Of a DNA stretch of 60,296 bases, positions 1 to 12,013 are shown piece by piece (position 1 is the first letter of the stretch; each line of letters starts with the position of its first letter). The notes under the pieces were generated by a model. That model made no database searches. It had not been told where the DNA came from and saw only the letters and a list, made by a program, of their open reading frames with translations. The DNA lies in NCBI RefSeq assembly GCF_002571385.2, contig NW_019218153.1:266580-326875 (forward strand), read 5' to 3'. Origin of the DNA: Stylophora pistillata. Taxonomy: Eukaryota. The translations under genes were made by a program, and so were the position numbers.

Positions 1-40
1 TTAACTACTAGCCCATGTATTTACCTTTCAAAATGAAAAA
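1..40 (+). repeat. Exact 40-bp direct repeat of 2961-3000
   Basis: ttaactactagcccatgtatttacctttcaaaatgaaaaa occurs at 1-40 and 2961-3000. Confidence 0.95.
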
Positions 41-198
41 GAAGACATAAAATAATTTTGAGGAATGCGCCCGCTGTTGACTACTTTGGAGTAGTTGTAG
101 CTCAAGCTGACTAGACTCTGAGAGTTCTACATCACACGACGGTTGATTGACAAATGTCCAGTGGGACCTAAGGCTCCTTTTATAGCGCGCCTTCGTGT

Positions 199-2885
199 TT
201 AAGTGTTGACTTGTTTCCTTCGACTGCAAATAGTTGCCAAAGAATCTTTCTGTCCATTTTCTATCTCCGATAAAGAGTCTCGACTTCCAGCGTTCTGTAA
301 ATTCACGGGATTTTCCCCTATCGATTCCAGTCTACTTTCGACTACATTTTCACCTCCGCTCAGGACGTCGGGCCAATCTGAGGAGTTTGCATCGAAGGGC
401 TCAATTCCATGTTCAACTTTATCTGCGCCCAGTAATTCCTCTTCTTCGTTCATACGCATTCCCACTAGCAGATTGACCAATAGGAGCTCTAAGTAGGTTG
501 AAGTGGCAGCCCAGGCAGTCATCGTTAGAGACATAAGCAGCTGAACTCCTAAGAACTTCCATGGACCACCTTTAAATATTCCAAACTCGCCGGAGAATGT
601 ATTTTCTAAGACGTCCTTCTCGGTAAAAAAGGCAACGGCGACTAAGCCCCAAATCCCTGCAAAAGCATGTGTCGGCACGCAACCAACAGGATCATCAATT
701 TCAAGCCGCTCGAGAAGCTTACATCCGGGACATGCCAACATGGCGCCTATCGCACCGATAAGAAGAGCCTCCCAGGGACGGGCGAGAGAACAGATGGCTG
801 AGTAGGGAAGAAAAGAAACCAATAGATATATAAAAAGAATTAAATGGTCTTCATTCGTCATAATTAAAAACATTGATCTACGTTTAAGGCGTAAAAGGAG
901 ACGTCTCAATCGGACTGACTAAGCCTCCAGCACACGAATTTTTTTTTCGTTTTTTCAGGCGCACAGTGATATGACAAGGCTGGGGAGTGAGACACACGGG
1001 AAACACACACACGAACAATGCTGTTCCTTTGCCTTGTGCGCCCCTATCGTCCTCGCCTCGCGTGACCTTCGCGAACCTGAAGATCGCAGGCCTGAACGGA
1101 CGAGGAAACAGGCCATTTCTCAAACCCAAACCTTTTTTATCTTAAGTTCAGCGCGCTAACTATTTCTCCATCGCACATGCCACATGTTTAAACAGTACTT
1201 GAGGCATATTCTGCCATTTTATCCTTATGGGATATCTGAACTGTGCAACTGATTTCAAGTTTCACCTGTTATACTGACGAGTCCCGACAGAATCCCAGTA
1301 ACAAAGATAGATATGTTCAATTTCCTATCGCAGAAAACGTAGCTGAAAGAAAAACCAGAAAACCAGCACGTGAGAGGTCGAGTACTAAAAAAAAAAATAC
1401 TTTATACAGAGATCACAGCACCATTTCTGCATATATCAATTACCTGTAAACCATTCCCAGAATTCCTCCGCCAATCGAGCCATTGATGGTGACGACCGCT
1501 GACCTGGAAAAGGCGAGAGTTGAATCGAAAGTTACCATAGTAACTGTGAAGCGTCAATGTAAGCATATTCTAAGAATTTCTTTCAAGTGAATCCTCTTAG
1601 CAACGAACAGCGGATTAGGTTCTTTGTCAATATTTAGAAAAATTCACGCGTCACGTTTAACGAAACGCGTATTTCAGACTTCCCTAAAAGCGTGAAAAAT
1701 TCTCGCGTCACGTGAACTGAAAACAGTATTCTACACCCCACGAATTTGAAGGGAAAACTTAAAATCCCACTTTGACTTGTCTTTATGTAAAATTTACGCC
1801 TCGCGTATAATTTTGGGCTTAACCACGCGTCATATTGTTGTAATGCGCTTTTGATCACCTGGCATCTTAAAAAGCGCATTATAAATCAATAAATTATTAT
1901 TATTATTATTATGTGTAAACCCTCACAAAAATGATTATTAGTCCTGTGTCGCCATTTTGCAGGTAGCCTTGAAGTTCCCAGGATAGCTCTTAACGCCAAC
2001 TAACCGATTGTTTTCAAAACTCGGCTTGTCTTTAAACTTTTACATCTTACTACTTTATATCAAAATAAATTGGCGTATGGCAATGAAATAAATCTAACTT
2101 ATTTACAAAGAAAATATTTTTTACCTCGACGCAAGTTTCCATTTCATGCCACTGATTCCAAATGTGCTACCGCAGTTGAAACCCAACCAGCCCCACCATA
2201 ACATGAAAGTTCCCAGGAGAACATTTGTAGGTGAAGTCATCTGTTGAGGTGGAGAATTTGGATCAAATCTTCCCGTTCGAGGCTTCAACATCATCGTCGC
2301 TACCAATCCGCTTACTCCCCCAACTAAATGCACAGCTCCGCAGCCGGCGATATCGACTGCCCCCATTCTGGCAAGCCAGCCATTTTCAGCCCAGATCCAG
2401 TGAGCGGGGACGCTGTAAGTTAGAGTGTTAATGAATGAATAAACCGTGTACGCTTTTAAGCTTGTCCTTTCTGCCATTGCACCCGAGACGATTGTAGTAG
2501 CTGTCGTTGCGAATGAAAGCTGAAAAAAGTACTTTGAGAACACCTGCCCCATTTCACTGTCATCAGCGTCCGTGAAAAAATATCCAACCCCAAAGAAACC
2601 ATTCCCAGCCGCTTTGTTTCCGAAACTGAGCGCGAACCCGAAGAGCCAATAGGACAGTCCACCATAAATGACATCCACTGCATTCTTCACCATTATATTA
2701 GCTTCGTTCTTTTTGGAAACCATCCCGGATTCGAGGAGACCGAAACCTGACTGCATTGTGAAAATAATGAAAGCGCTGGTTAGAATCCATGTTGCGTCAT
2801 CGGAGCCAACAAGTTCTTGTTCGTTTCCGATGTTTTTCAACGGCGGCGTTGTGGAATTAAACGATGATCCGTTCGAATGATTCAT
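199..2885 (-). CDS. AMT: Ammonium transporter (AMT/Mep family), 4 coding exons: 2885-2125, 1503-1444, 1342-1266, 797-199
   Basis: The spliced frame is continuous through GT-AG junctions (KLASR|SAVVTINGSIGGGILGMVYS|YVFCDRKLNISIFVTGILSGLVSITA|ICSLARPW). Family motifs are present: FTMQSGFGLLESG, FQLSFA, SGAMAER, HWIW, DIAGCGAVH, WWGWLGFN, IDDPVGCVPTH, so the twin histidines and Phe gate are intact. An acceptor near 2909 implies an upstream non-coding exon. Confidence 0.95.
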
Positions 2886-5800
2886 CTGCACGTTTAGTCA
2901 GTTGCCTCCTGAGTAAAAAGCCAAAACAACAACAGAGTCGAGTCTAAGAAAATGACAACATTAACTACTAGCCCATGTATTTACCTTTCAAAATGAAAAA
3001 AGCAGTTCCGCTGTGCCTAATAATGTAAACGTCATAATCTGTTAGCAACCGAGATATTATGTTCGCGCTGCCCACAGCTTTTGTTTCGTTCAGGTGACAA
3101 GAAATCAAAAACTTGTTTTCGTAATACACTGCATTTAGTTAATTGGATAAAACAGCGCTGGCGTACTGCGAGAACATACCCAGATCACATCATTTAAGCT
3201 CGGGTATTAAAGTATTCAGACCGATCGGCTTCGATGAAATACATCATTTAGGACGTACTTGTCTAAAATTGCTTCGTGTTCACTAACTTCGCGTTATTTG
3301 CATAGAAAGATGGATGAGGATGTCAAGGGTTTTCTCCCGTTAATTGATTTCTCTGTTTATCCATTTAGAAAACATCTGGATCAGAACTTTGAGCAACAGA
3401 AGTCATAGAATTCTTACAAAAACATGTGGGAGGACACTTGAGGAAGTTTTCACGAAATCCTCAGTGCGTCAAAAGGATTTCAAAGTCTTACGGTGTGCAT
3501 TCTGCGAAATTTAGAACGTGATGGGCTGCGTAAGCGCTAAAGAAATGTCTTAAAGTAACTTTTCAGTCCTAATGAATATCATTAAAATGCCCTAGTCTGC
3601 ATTTGAATCTTGTTACGGAAGACGGCGGTTCAACAGAACAAAGGTGCGGATCCTTTTTCGCCGATTGTATGCTTAGCCATAATCTTGTACATGAAAGACC
3701 ATTGTCTACTCTAGTGAAAGAAGAACAGATCTCAAAAGAGCAAGAAAATATTAAATATGATTGACAACAGATAGAAAAGTGGCAATAACGCAAAAAATAA
3801 AGGGTATCATTAGCTGCTAAAAAGGAGAAAAGAAACTTCTGCCAAGAAAATGATCGTAATTATCTCCATCAAATTGCTGTTTCAAGTCCGTCATTTACAT
3901 TTGCATAACTATCCCTCGCAATTTTTGGAAAAATCTAGTTGTATGATATAACCATTAAAAATAAACACTAGAAGGCTCTCGCATCAGCATATAGACAGCT
4001 TTAGATACAGAACTGGATAAAGACAGGTATAAATTAACAAAAACATTATAGTTCATTTAAATCGCGTTCAATTGATTGACAAACTGACAGGTGTGTTTCC
4101 TTTATCAGTTCAAGACGCCGAAGAGACGTCTAACAGTTTCCGAAATTCAGTCTCCTTCATGTAGCCAGCAGATGTCTTTAAAAGTTTCTTACTTACTTTC
4201 TAAATCTGCATTTTTTCCCGTGTCCTATATCAAAAGAAAATGTACACAATTTTAAATACTTGTATTTTTATTAATGGGTTTAATGATAAAACGGTTGACT
4301 CGACAATATTTCTGGCGCCTTGAAATTCAACTCATTCAGTGAAAAGTTTATTTTGAAATTTCGGTACAATTAGCTTTGGAAGATTAAACATAATTATGCC
4401 CACGTATTAGAATGACGATTCAGTTTTTGAGTGGACATGGGAAAAAGGCATGTAGGAAGATCGCTTTTGTGAATACTTTTGAAACACCTACAAAATAAAG
4501 CCTTTAGTCCGCTCTAAAAGTTTTAAAATTCGTTGTTAATCTTTTGCAATCAGGGCCATGAATTTTCTTTGCACCAAAGTGTCGCCAAAAAAATTTTATT
4601 TTTTTCTTGTATTAGTGTTTTAGACTTAAAGCTTCTCAAGTATATAATCACAGAGACACACATGATACATACACACAACCAAACACCGTCAAATTAATTA
4701 AATTTTCTCTAAAGAAGGCGGGTAACGCAAGTGGAATCAGATCAGCTTTCCGAAACTTTTTACATCCTTTCATTCACCCCCATGAACTTGTTGCTGATCA
4801 TCGACAGAAAACGGTCTTTAACTATCTTTCTTTATCCGCCAATCGAGAATACCTTCGCCCCCATTGGCGGTTTGCCAAATTTAGCTAGATTCGTCTCTCC
4901 CCTGCTCAATGTCTCTATTAACGTACACCAATTTTTTTAAGAAGTTTATCCAGTCTCTTGATTGCAAAATAGCCCCGTCATATATAAATTCCCATCTCGT
5001 TTTCTCATTGTTATTTTGCGCAATTAGAGCTTTCAACCAACAAAACAACTGAAGATGAACTGTTGATGGTTTTCGTCACAATTGTTTTCTAATCTGCTTC
5101 GACATAAGGGCTGTACAAGGAACGGATAAAACAGTTTCGTTTTTCTTTCAGTCAGTCCTCTGGCACAGTAATTACTCAGAAACCAGTGAAGGAGAGCCGC
5201 GATCGCATCTCGCTTATCCTTGTTATTTTAAATTATCATAAAGATTGAATGCGTCCTGCAAATGTTGTCAAATTTAAGTACGTCGATTTTGGTTCATCTG
5301 AGTCAAAGCTAATCCTGGATGGAAAAGGTCTTAGCAGAGTTTGACATTAAATGGTAAACAAACAAAATATAGGGAAGTTGAAACGAAAGAAGGAGGAGAA
5401 TAAAACCTGCACCAGGGAGAACGATTACCACAAACAACATCAGTATACATTATTCCATGAAATGAAGATAATTTTTTAAACATGGACTTTACCCTTATCT
5501 GCGATTTTATTTTTCTTCAGGCATATTCAAAACATCTTAATTAATTTAAGTAGTTCATGCTAGTTTCAGTTAAAAATTTGGATACTTTAACCAAAAACAA
5601 AAGATCTTTTGTAAATCTACAATGAAATCGCTTGGCTTCTGGTGCGGCGTGGAGAAAATTGGAATGAACGTCCAACCTTACTTCCATCAAACTTGAAAAA
5701 ACCACAAGACAACAATACCGCTTAGTGATGATGCACGACTTTTAAATCTCGGGGAAATATATTGCTTAAAACCTCGTAACCTCTACAAGTTTTACTAAAA

Positions 5801-6764
5801 CGTTGTGGCCCAATCTAAACAGATTGCAGGGGCTCAGCATTAAAAATTTCGTTGTTTCAACAAATGAATTCAACTTCCCAGTGGTCTCTCACGAATTCGT
5901 TTCATAATTCACGAGCAAGCAGGTAGAATATACCGAATAACTTATTTTGTATCATTTTAAAGGCACAAAAGCAAAATATAATAAAGCAAATTGAGATGAA
6001 GACTTACCAAAAATGATGTTTCTGTTCTCTCGTACAATTTTTTGTCGCCTTTAACTGAAAAAATTAAATAAGCACTTGACACGGACTAAATTCGGAGGCA
6101 GGAAAACATGTCGACAGGTCATTGCAACCTAGGGCTACGTACGGAAGCATACGTAAATCGTTTATGATAAATTCAACATAATTTTATTCAGAGTTGCATT
6201 AGGTAAATACTGAGGCTTATTGGAGGATAAATTTTGCCAGACTTCTCGCTTGGAAAGGGATCAATTTTCACCGTGGTGTTTGAAATCACTCAACTGAGCA
6301 CATTCTTTTGTTTGGTCTCAACGTATTTTTTCTAAACTGCTCAATCGGCATAAAACTATAAAAATATTTACAGTTGGTTAATGCAAAATTTTGGAAGGAA
6401 ATTAGATTCGATCACTAGCTGTACCAAACAGGAACTTCACAAACTAATGATTAACATACCACCTGTGTGAGTATCCATGACAACGAACTATTTTGAAAAG
6501 GGGACCTAGGGCAAGGACAAAAGGAGAGTAACAAAATAATAATAATGCTTTGTCATCTGTATGCTATAATGGCTGCTTTGGAACTGGACCAAAAAGTGCC
6601 GGGGAAACAGAAGAAAAAATTAATATGATGCTAAAAGGAAAAAAACCCGTGTTTATCACCTTTAAATTGGCAATTTGATATGTCACTTATGACAGATAAA
6701 CATCTTGATCGCCCTTATTTTCGAATTATTTTAATCGCAATTAGCATTCTTTATTTACTTCTGA

Positions 6765-7462
6765 AGGCATATGGTATTTCGAGGACTGGACTGGACTGGA
6801 CTGGACTAGTAAAACGAGGACTAGTAAAGCGCGGACTAGTAAAACGAGGACTAGTAAAACGCCGACTAGTAAAACGGGGACTAGTAAAACGCGGACTAGT
6901 AAAACGCGGACTAGTAAAACGCGGACTAGTAAAACGCGGACCAGTAAAACGCGGACTAGTAAAACGCGGACTAGTAAAACGCGGACTAGTAAAACGCGGA
7001 CTAGTAAAACGCGGACTAGTAAAACGCGGACTAGTAAAACGCGAACTAGTAAAACGCGGACTAGTAAAACGCGGACTAGTAAAACGCGGACTAGTAAAAC
7101 GCGGACTAGTAAAACGCGGACTNTCTACTAGTCCGCGTTTTACTAGTCCGCGTTTTACTAGTCCGCGTTTTACTAGTCCGCGTTTTACTAGTCCGCGTTT
7201 TACTAGTCCGCGTATTACTAGTCCGCGTTTTACTAGTCCGCGTTTTACTGGTCCGCGTTTTACTAGTCCGCGTTTTACTAGTCCGCGTTTTACTAGTCCG
7301 CGTTTTACTAGTCCGCGTTTTACTAGTCCCCGTTTTACTAGTCGGCGTTTTACTAGTCCTCGTTTTACTAGTCCGCGCTTTACTAGTCCTCGTTTTACTA
7401 GTCCAGTCCAGTCCAGTCCAGTCCAGTCCAGTCCAGTCCAGTCCTCGAAATACCATATGCCT
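6765..7462. mobile_element. Foldback-type element with long modular inverted arms (unique terminus, (CTGGA)n, then 15-bp GGACTAGTAAAACGC array)
   Basis: aggcatatggtatttcgaggac...gtcctcgaaataccatatgcct are perfect inverted termini. The arrays run in opposite orientation either side of an N at 7123. GA flanks both ends (possible 2-bp TSD). Confidence 0.8.
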
Positions 7463-8598
7463 GATTTGAGAGATCTCGTATTAAACAATAGACGTTGTTT
7501 ACGCATTCCTTGTTGGCTAATCAGGAAAGAAATTTTGTTTTGTTTGTTGAATAAAAAAATAAGCAGTGTTTTTGAGAAACTCTATAAAGATCTCGGTTAC
7601 TTCCCGCTTGAAAATTCAAAGCGGACGCTTTATTATTTGCAGAGATAAGACAAAGGCAAAAAATGTCGTCTTTTTCTTCCATAAAGGGGGTAACATTTTT
7701 TATCTATCCTAATGTCAATTTTACTCAGATCTCCTTACCTTACCGACGGAGGGATCCGGAATTCTTGAATTCTGTTAAGCTGTTGTTCCACTAAAGAAAT
7801 CGAAGGCGTATTGCAAATGAGGTAGGGCTTGATAAGTTTTGAAGTACCATGTGGCACTTTCCGATTGGTTCCAATCTTTCCCCGTTAAAAACCACAGATC
7901 GTATAATTACCAGATTTTTATTGGTTCCTATTTCTTGCCTAAGTTATAACATAAACGTTTATTTATAGATGAAATGGATTAAAAACTGCAATTTTCCAAT
8001 AACGACTAACTTACTTCTGTAGTGGGTTTTACGCTCTGCTCAGTGCATGGTTCGCTAGATTCGGTTTAGCAGCATAAAATCGTCCATGTTTCCTTTTACT
8101 CAATTCACGGAAAGATAAGAGACCGAACTGTATGATAACAGTGTGGAAACAGAGTGTTAACAACTGTCAATGTTAATCAATGTTCTCATTCTTCAAACTT
8201 ACTTGTCATTGAATATTCAGTATTCCTTAGTCAACCAAACAGCCATAAAAAAAAGCAAAAACAAGAACAAAAAACAAAAAGATACAAAACAAACTCTTCA
8301 TTCATAACAGATGTGTACTGCATACCAGAGAAAACTCAAAGATAAATCGGGAGTGGCAGGACCGTAGCAAGACGAAGCAATTGCCTCATTTTGATTTTGG
8401 CCTTTCTTTTGGCACCAGTATCGCTCAGCAATAAAAAAGTGAACCTCTACACTTGCCCAAGATTGACTTTTCTGAAGAAAAATGCCACGGAAAATGCTTG
8501 AAAGAGCATTTCTGAGCTTCTAAATTTCAAAATTTTCTGGGGGGGCATTGATGCCAGATCCGAAACTTGCCTTTTCTGATGAGCTAAACCAACCACAG

Positions 8599-8633
8599 TT
8601 AGCAGCACACTGTGCCGACTAAGCTACCGGACC
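8599..8633 (-). pseudogene. 5' remnant of a tRNA-Ile-like gene
   Basis: GGTCCGGTAGCTTAGTCGGCACAGTGTGCTGCTAA resembles the 5' half of the tRNA at 10653. Confidence 0.5.
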
Positions 8634-9463
8634 GAACTTGGAAAAAATGTGGAGTTCAGTGGAAAGGTTTTAAAAGACAAACAGTAAAAACAATTTACCA
8701 AAGAGGGAAAGGTTCGGAAAGTGAGTTCAAACGCCAGCTTCCAAACATGAAAGACTGATCTTTGTCGTCTATCTTCAATAAAGCCAGATAATGCCAGTCG
8801 TTAATTGATAGATCTTTCAGATATTATTTTTAAGAAGTGATATGAAGTTAGGGTATATTCTATACAAAACATCGGATTTTATATTCAGAAAGACTTACAG
8901 TTACTTCAGTTGACACTTCGACCACAGGACGCAGTATCCGCCTGGAAACTTTACCGATGTCGCAAAACGTTATTCATGCATTTTTATTTAACAAATGGTA
9001 AACACCACATTGTACACGCGAAAGAAGCATAAGAATCGCCCGAGGCGATAGCCAAGTGCGACTCTAGCTTCTTGAGTGCTTAGCAAAACTCCCTCGTGCA
9101 AAACTCCCGCGTGCCAAGCTCCCGTGTTCGCTGTGGTGTTTACCATTTGTTTTATAACATTAAAAACAATTTCTTGCGAAACATTTGTTCACGTCAGCAG
9201 CGTACACCCATGGGCAAATAGTAGACACAGGATTGACCAATCAGAGCGCGCGCTTTACGTGATTTATGTTATAAATAGTACTATTTTATAGATTTCAGAA
9301 CTTTACACATTTATGGGTCACTAAGCTGTCCCTGATAAGCAATCATTGTGAAAAAAATCCTTTGAATTCCTAAAAAAGTGAGGCAAAATTTTATAGATTG
9401 AGTGAATCTACGTTTAATGAATGGATAATCAAAAACTACAAGTAGAGCAAAAGAAAAAGGAAT

Positions 9464-9536
9464 TGGAGAATCTGGGCATCGATCCCGGTACCTCCCGCAT
9501 GCAAAGCGGGCGCTCTACCATTTGAGCTAATTCCCC
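9464..9536 (-). tRNA. tRNA-Ala(TGC)
   Basis: GGGGAATTAGCTCAAATGGTAGAGCGCCCGCTTTGCATGCGGGAGGTACCGGGATCGATGCCCAGATTCTCCA. 73 nt, G3:U70 pair, one T-stem mismatch, T-run downstream. Confidence 0.9.
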
Positions 9537-10230
9537 TTGCACAGTATATTACGCGTTACTAAACAATAGCATTGTGGCTAGTGACTTGAAGACGGTCGAT
9601 GGGAGCCGTGAAAATGAGCAGCAAAGGTACAACTAGCTTGCAGAGCAGGGGTTATTTCGGCGATCGAATGCTCTGTACAGTATTTTCTTACTGAAAAGAA
9701 TAACTTCCGTCTTTGATTTTTACAGCAGCGGAAGGCTGGGGACAGGAAGAAATCGAGTGTTAACTCATCGAATCAAAGCACCGCTTTACTCATGAAACTC
9801 GAAAGTAAAAAAATCTCCCTTTTGTTTTGGTGTCAGTGAAAGCTGATGCAAGCCAAAAAAGCTCATCGTGCCAAAGAAAAAATGCTTAAGAGAAAACTGA
9901 AGAGTTTGAAGTGCAAAACCCATAATAAGATTTCAAGGATGATTTATGAAGGTTAGAAGTAAAACTAAACAATGTCACTAGAAAAGATAAAGTTGACAGT
10001 TAATACAGGGGTAAAAGTACCATTGTAAGGAGAACTCAGTATTAGCTAGACTTAAAAGGATTAGAATCGGTTACACGTATCGATTAATAGAAAGCTTGAG
10101 AGGATACCCATAATGAGGTGGTCTGTAAAAATATAACTGAAGGATTTAGTAGTTAATGTACAAGGCACGTTTAAGGTAATTGTAATGGTCCTAATTTAAC
10201 ACTTGAAATCACAAAAGGAACCAAAACTTA

Positions 10231-10283
10231 ATCCGGTACCTCCCACATGCTTAGTGGGCGCACTACCATTTGAGCTCATTCCC
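10231..10283 (-). pseudogene. 3'-truncated tRNA-Ala(AGC) pseudogene
   Basis: GGGAATGAGCTCAAATGGTAGTGCGCCCACTAAGCATGTGGGAGGTACCGGAT. The T-arm and 3' acceptor strand are missing. Confidence 0.75.
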
Positions 10284-10652
10284 TTTGCGATGTGTGAAAG
10301 TTGCCTTTTATCATAGGACTATGTATCTACTACCAACCTGTCAGAAAAAATAATCCTATAAAATTTAGTTCAAGTGTCTTAATGGCGACCGATTGATTTC
10401 TCCATATGTCAGTTAAAAACGTGATCAAACGGATGCACAAGCCATCCAGATGATTCCTGGTCGTTTTTCTGAGAGAAACGCATAAATTCCGTCAAGATAT
10501 GTTGAGTTCTTTTGTTTTGTTTGCATGGTACCTGGCCTTTTGCTAAAGATGCGGGTGCTTTTTCAATGTCACCTGATGAAGAATTACTTTATGGTGCGCT
10601 ACTCATTTGATTACCAGTCTCCATATTATTACAATCTGATTAAAGTGTGTCT

Positions 10653-10725
10653 GGTCCGTTAGCTTAGTCGGAAGAGCGTGGTGCTGATAACGCCAAGGTT
10701 GTGAGTTCAAGTCTCACACGGACCA
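10653..10725 (+). tRNA. tRNA-Ile(GAT)
   Basis: Fully paired cloverleaf: acceptor GGTCCGT/ACGGACC, anticodon arm TGGTG-CTGATAA-CGCCA, T arm GTGAG-TTCAAGT-CTCAC. A T-run terminator follows ~14 nt downstream. Confidence 0.92.
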
Positions 10726-10998
10726 ATGTGGTGTATTACTTTTTTTCACAGTTTTTACTAAAATCACTGCTCCCATAATAATTATTTTTAGATTGAACCA
10801 TTAATAAAGCACTCGAGGAATTCTAACAAATGGTCTCAGCTCATATAAACACGAGGGGTGTTAGGAAGACCTGAGAAGTTATGCAAGCTTGAAACTTTAA
10901 CGGGGAAGGAAGTTAACTGCGAAGGGAAGGAACTTAACTGCGATCCTGTTGCTAGGGTGTATGAATGATAAAGAAGGTCTAGGGATAGTTTGCATCAG

Positions 10999-11223
10999 GG
11001 CCCCATTATTCGTAGGCCGATTAAGGCTGAATTTTAATCCAGGTTTCTATATTTCTCTGTTCAAAAGCCGTTTGGGGATAATTTTCCCAATTCTTTAGAT
11101 CATTCAATCGTCAAATTGTAGACAAATTGAATTAAACTGAATTTTCTTCTAAAGCTTTCAGATCTGATATCAAATTTTACCCTACTCCTGGGTTATCTTA
11201 ACCCACCTTTGAATAACTCGGCC
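10999..11223. mobile_element. MITE, probably PIF/Harbinger-like
   Basis: GGCC termini with imperfect TIRs (ggccccattattcgtagg / cctttgaataactcgggcc), flanked by CAG on both sides. Confidence 0.55.
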
Positions 11224-11724
11224 CAGTAAAAGAGTTTCTTCGCCTGCGGGTAAGTTTGAGGCCTTGAGCAACGCAAGACGGAGAGGGGTCTAAAAGTGGT
11301 CTGACGCTGATAATAAATATCAAAGCCAGATCTCTGCCAGATCCCTTGTAGATCCCTCGCAGGCTCGCATTGCACAAGGCTTTAGAGTCACTCGGGGGCA
11401 AAGAAACATTCCTGCCACACGATATTGGTAATGATGGCCTACTCGCGAGCTACCTCAAAATGTCCATTACCAGCTTTGGTTCTTCGACTCCAGTACGCAT
11501 CAAAGTTCGTCGAGTTTGTGCGATCTACGTTTCCTGCAAATGTTGGGAACCATGACCATATTTGGTAAATCATATTGCCAACATAGAAAAGGGATAAAAA
11601 CTTGGACAAAGTGAATCGTTTTCAACCTTTATCATTACTTTTTTTCGCAGTAAAACTTCAATATCACCACTTGCAGCATACGTTTAATGCAAAGTATATC
11701 ATTTCGAAAATTACGAAACGGGTT

Positions 11725-11767
11725 CAGATAACCAGCAAAGTTGTAAGTTCGACCCCCGCACGGCCCA
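11725..11767 (+). pseudogene. 3' remnant of a tRNA-Ile-like gene
   Basis: gataaccagcaaagttgtaagttcgacccccgcacggccca resembles the 3' half of tRNA-Ile, including the B-box GTTCGAC. Confidence 0.45.
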
Positions 11768-11940
11768 TTTCAATTTTCTTCCCCTCGCAGGATTCAGGAT
11801 GGTCAATATCAAAGTTATTTATTCTTTTTTTTTTTTACCATATGTATATCTGTGATTTTTTTGGGGAAGCTTTGTCAAATAAACTTCATAAGTCACTGAT
11901 GGTTTTTCTTTTCAAAAAATTTTAATGAAACAAAACATTT

Positions 11941-12013
11941 TGGAGAATTCGGGTATCGATCCCGGTACCTCCCGCATGCGAAGCGGGCGCTCTACCATTT
12001 GAGCTAATTCCCC
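11941..12013 (-). tRNA. tRNA-Ala(CGC)
   Basis: Near-identical to the 9464 gene but with anticodon CGC. G3:U70 pair and one terminal T-stem mismatch. Confidence 0.9.

Noticed and set aside
6680-7648. Long ORFs of (GLVKR)n/(FTSPR)n, and a possible CRISPR-like array
   Set aside because: The ORFs are by-products of a stop-free 15-bp repeat, open on both strands and crossing an N. There are no unique spacers or cas genes, and the context is eukaryotic.
9990-10120. ENSVLARL..RIGYTY, resembling a LINE ORF2 C-terminus
   Set aside because: Too short and degenerate to support without a search.
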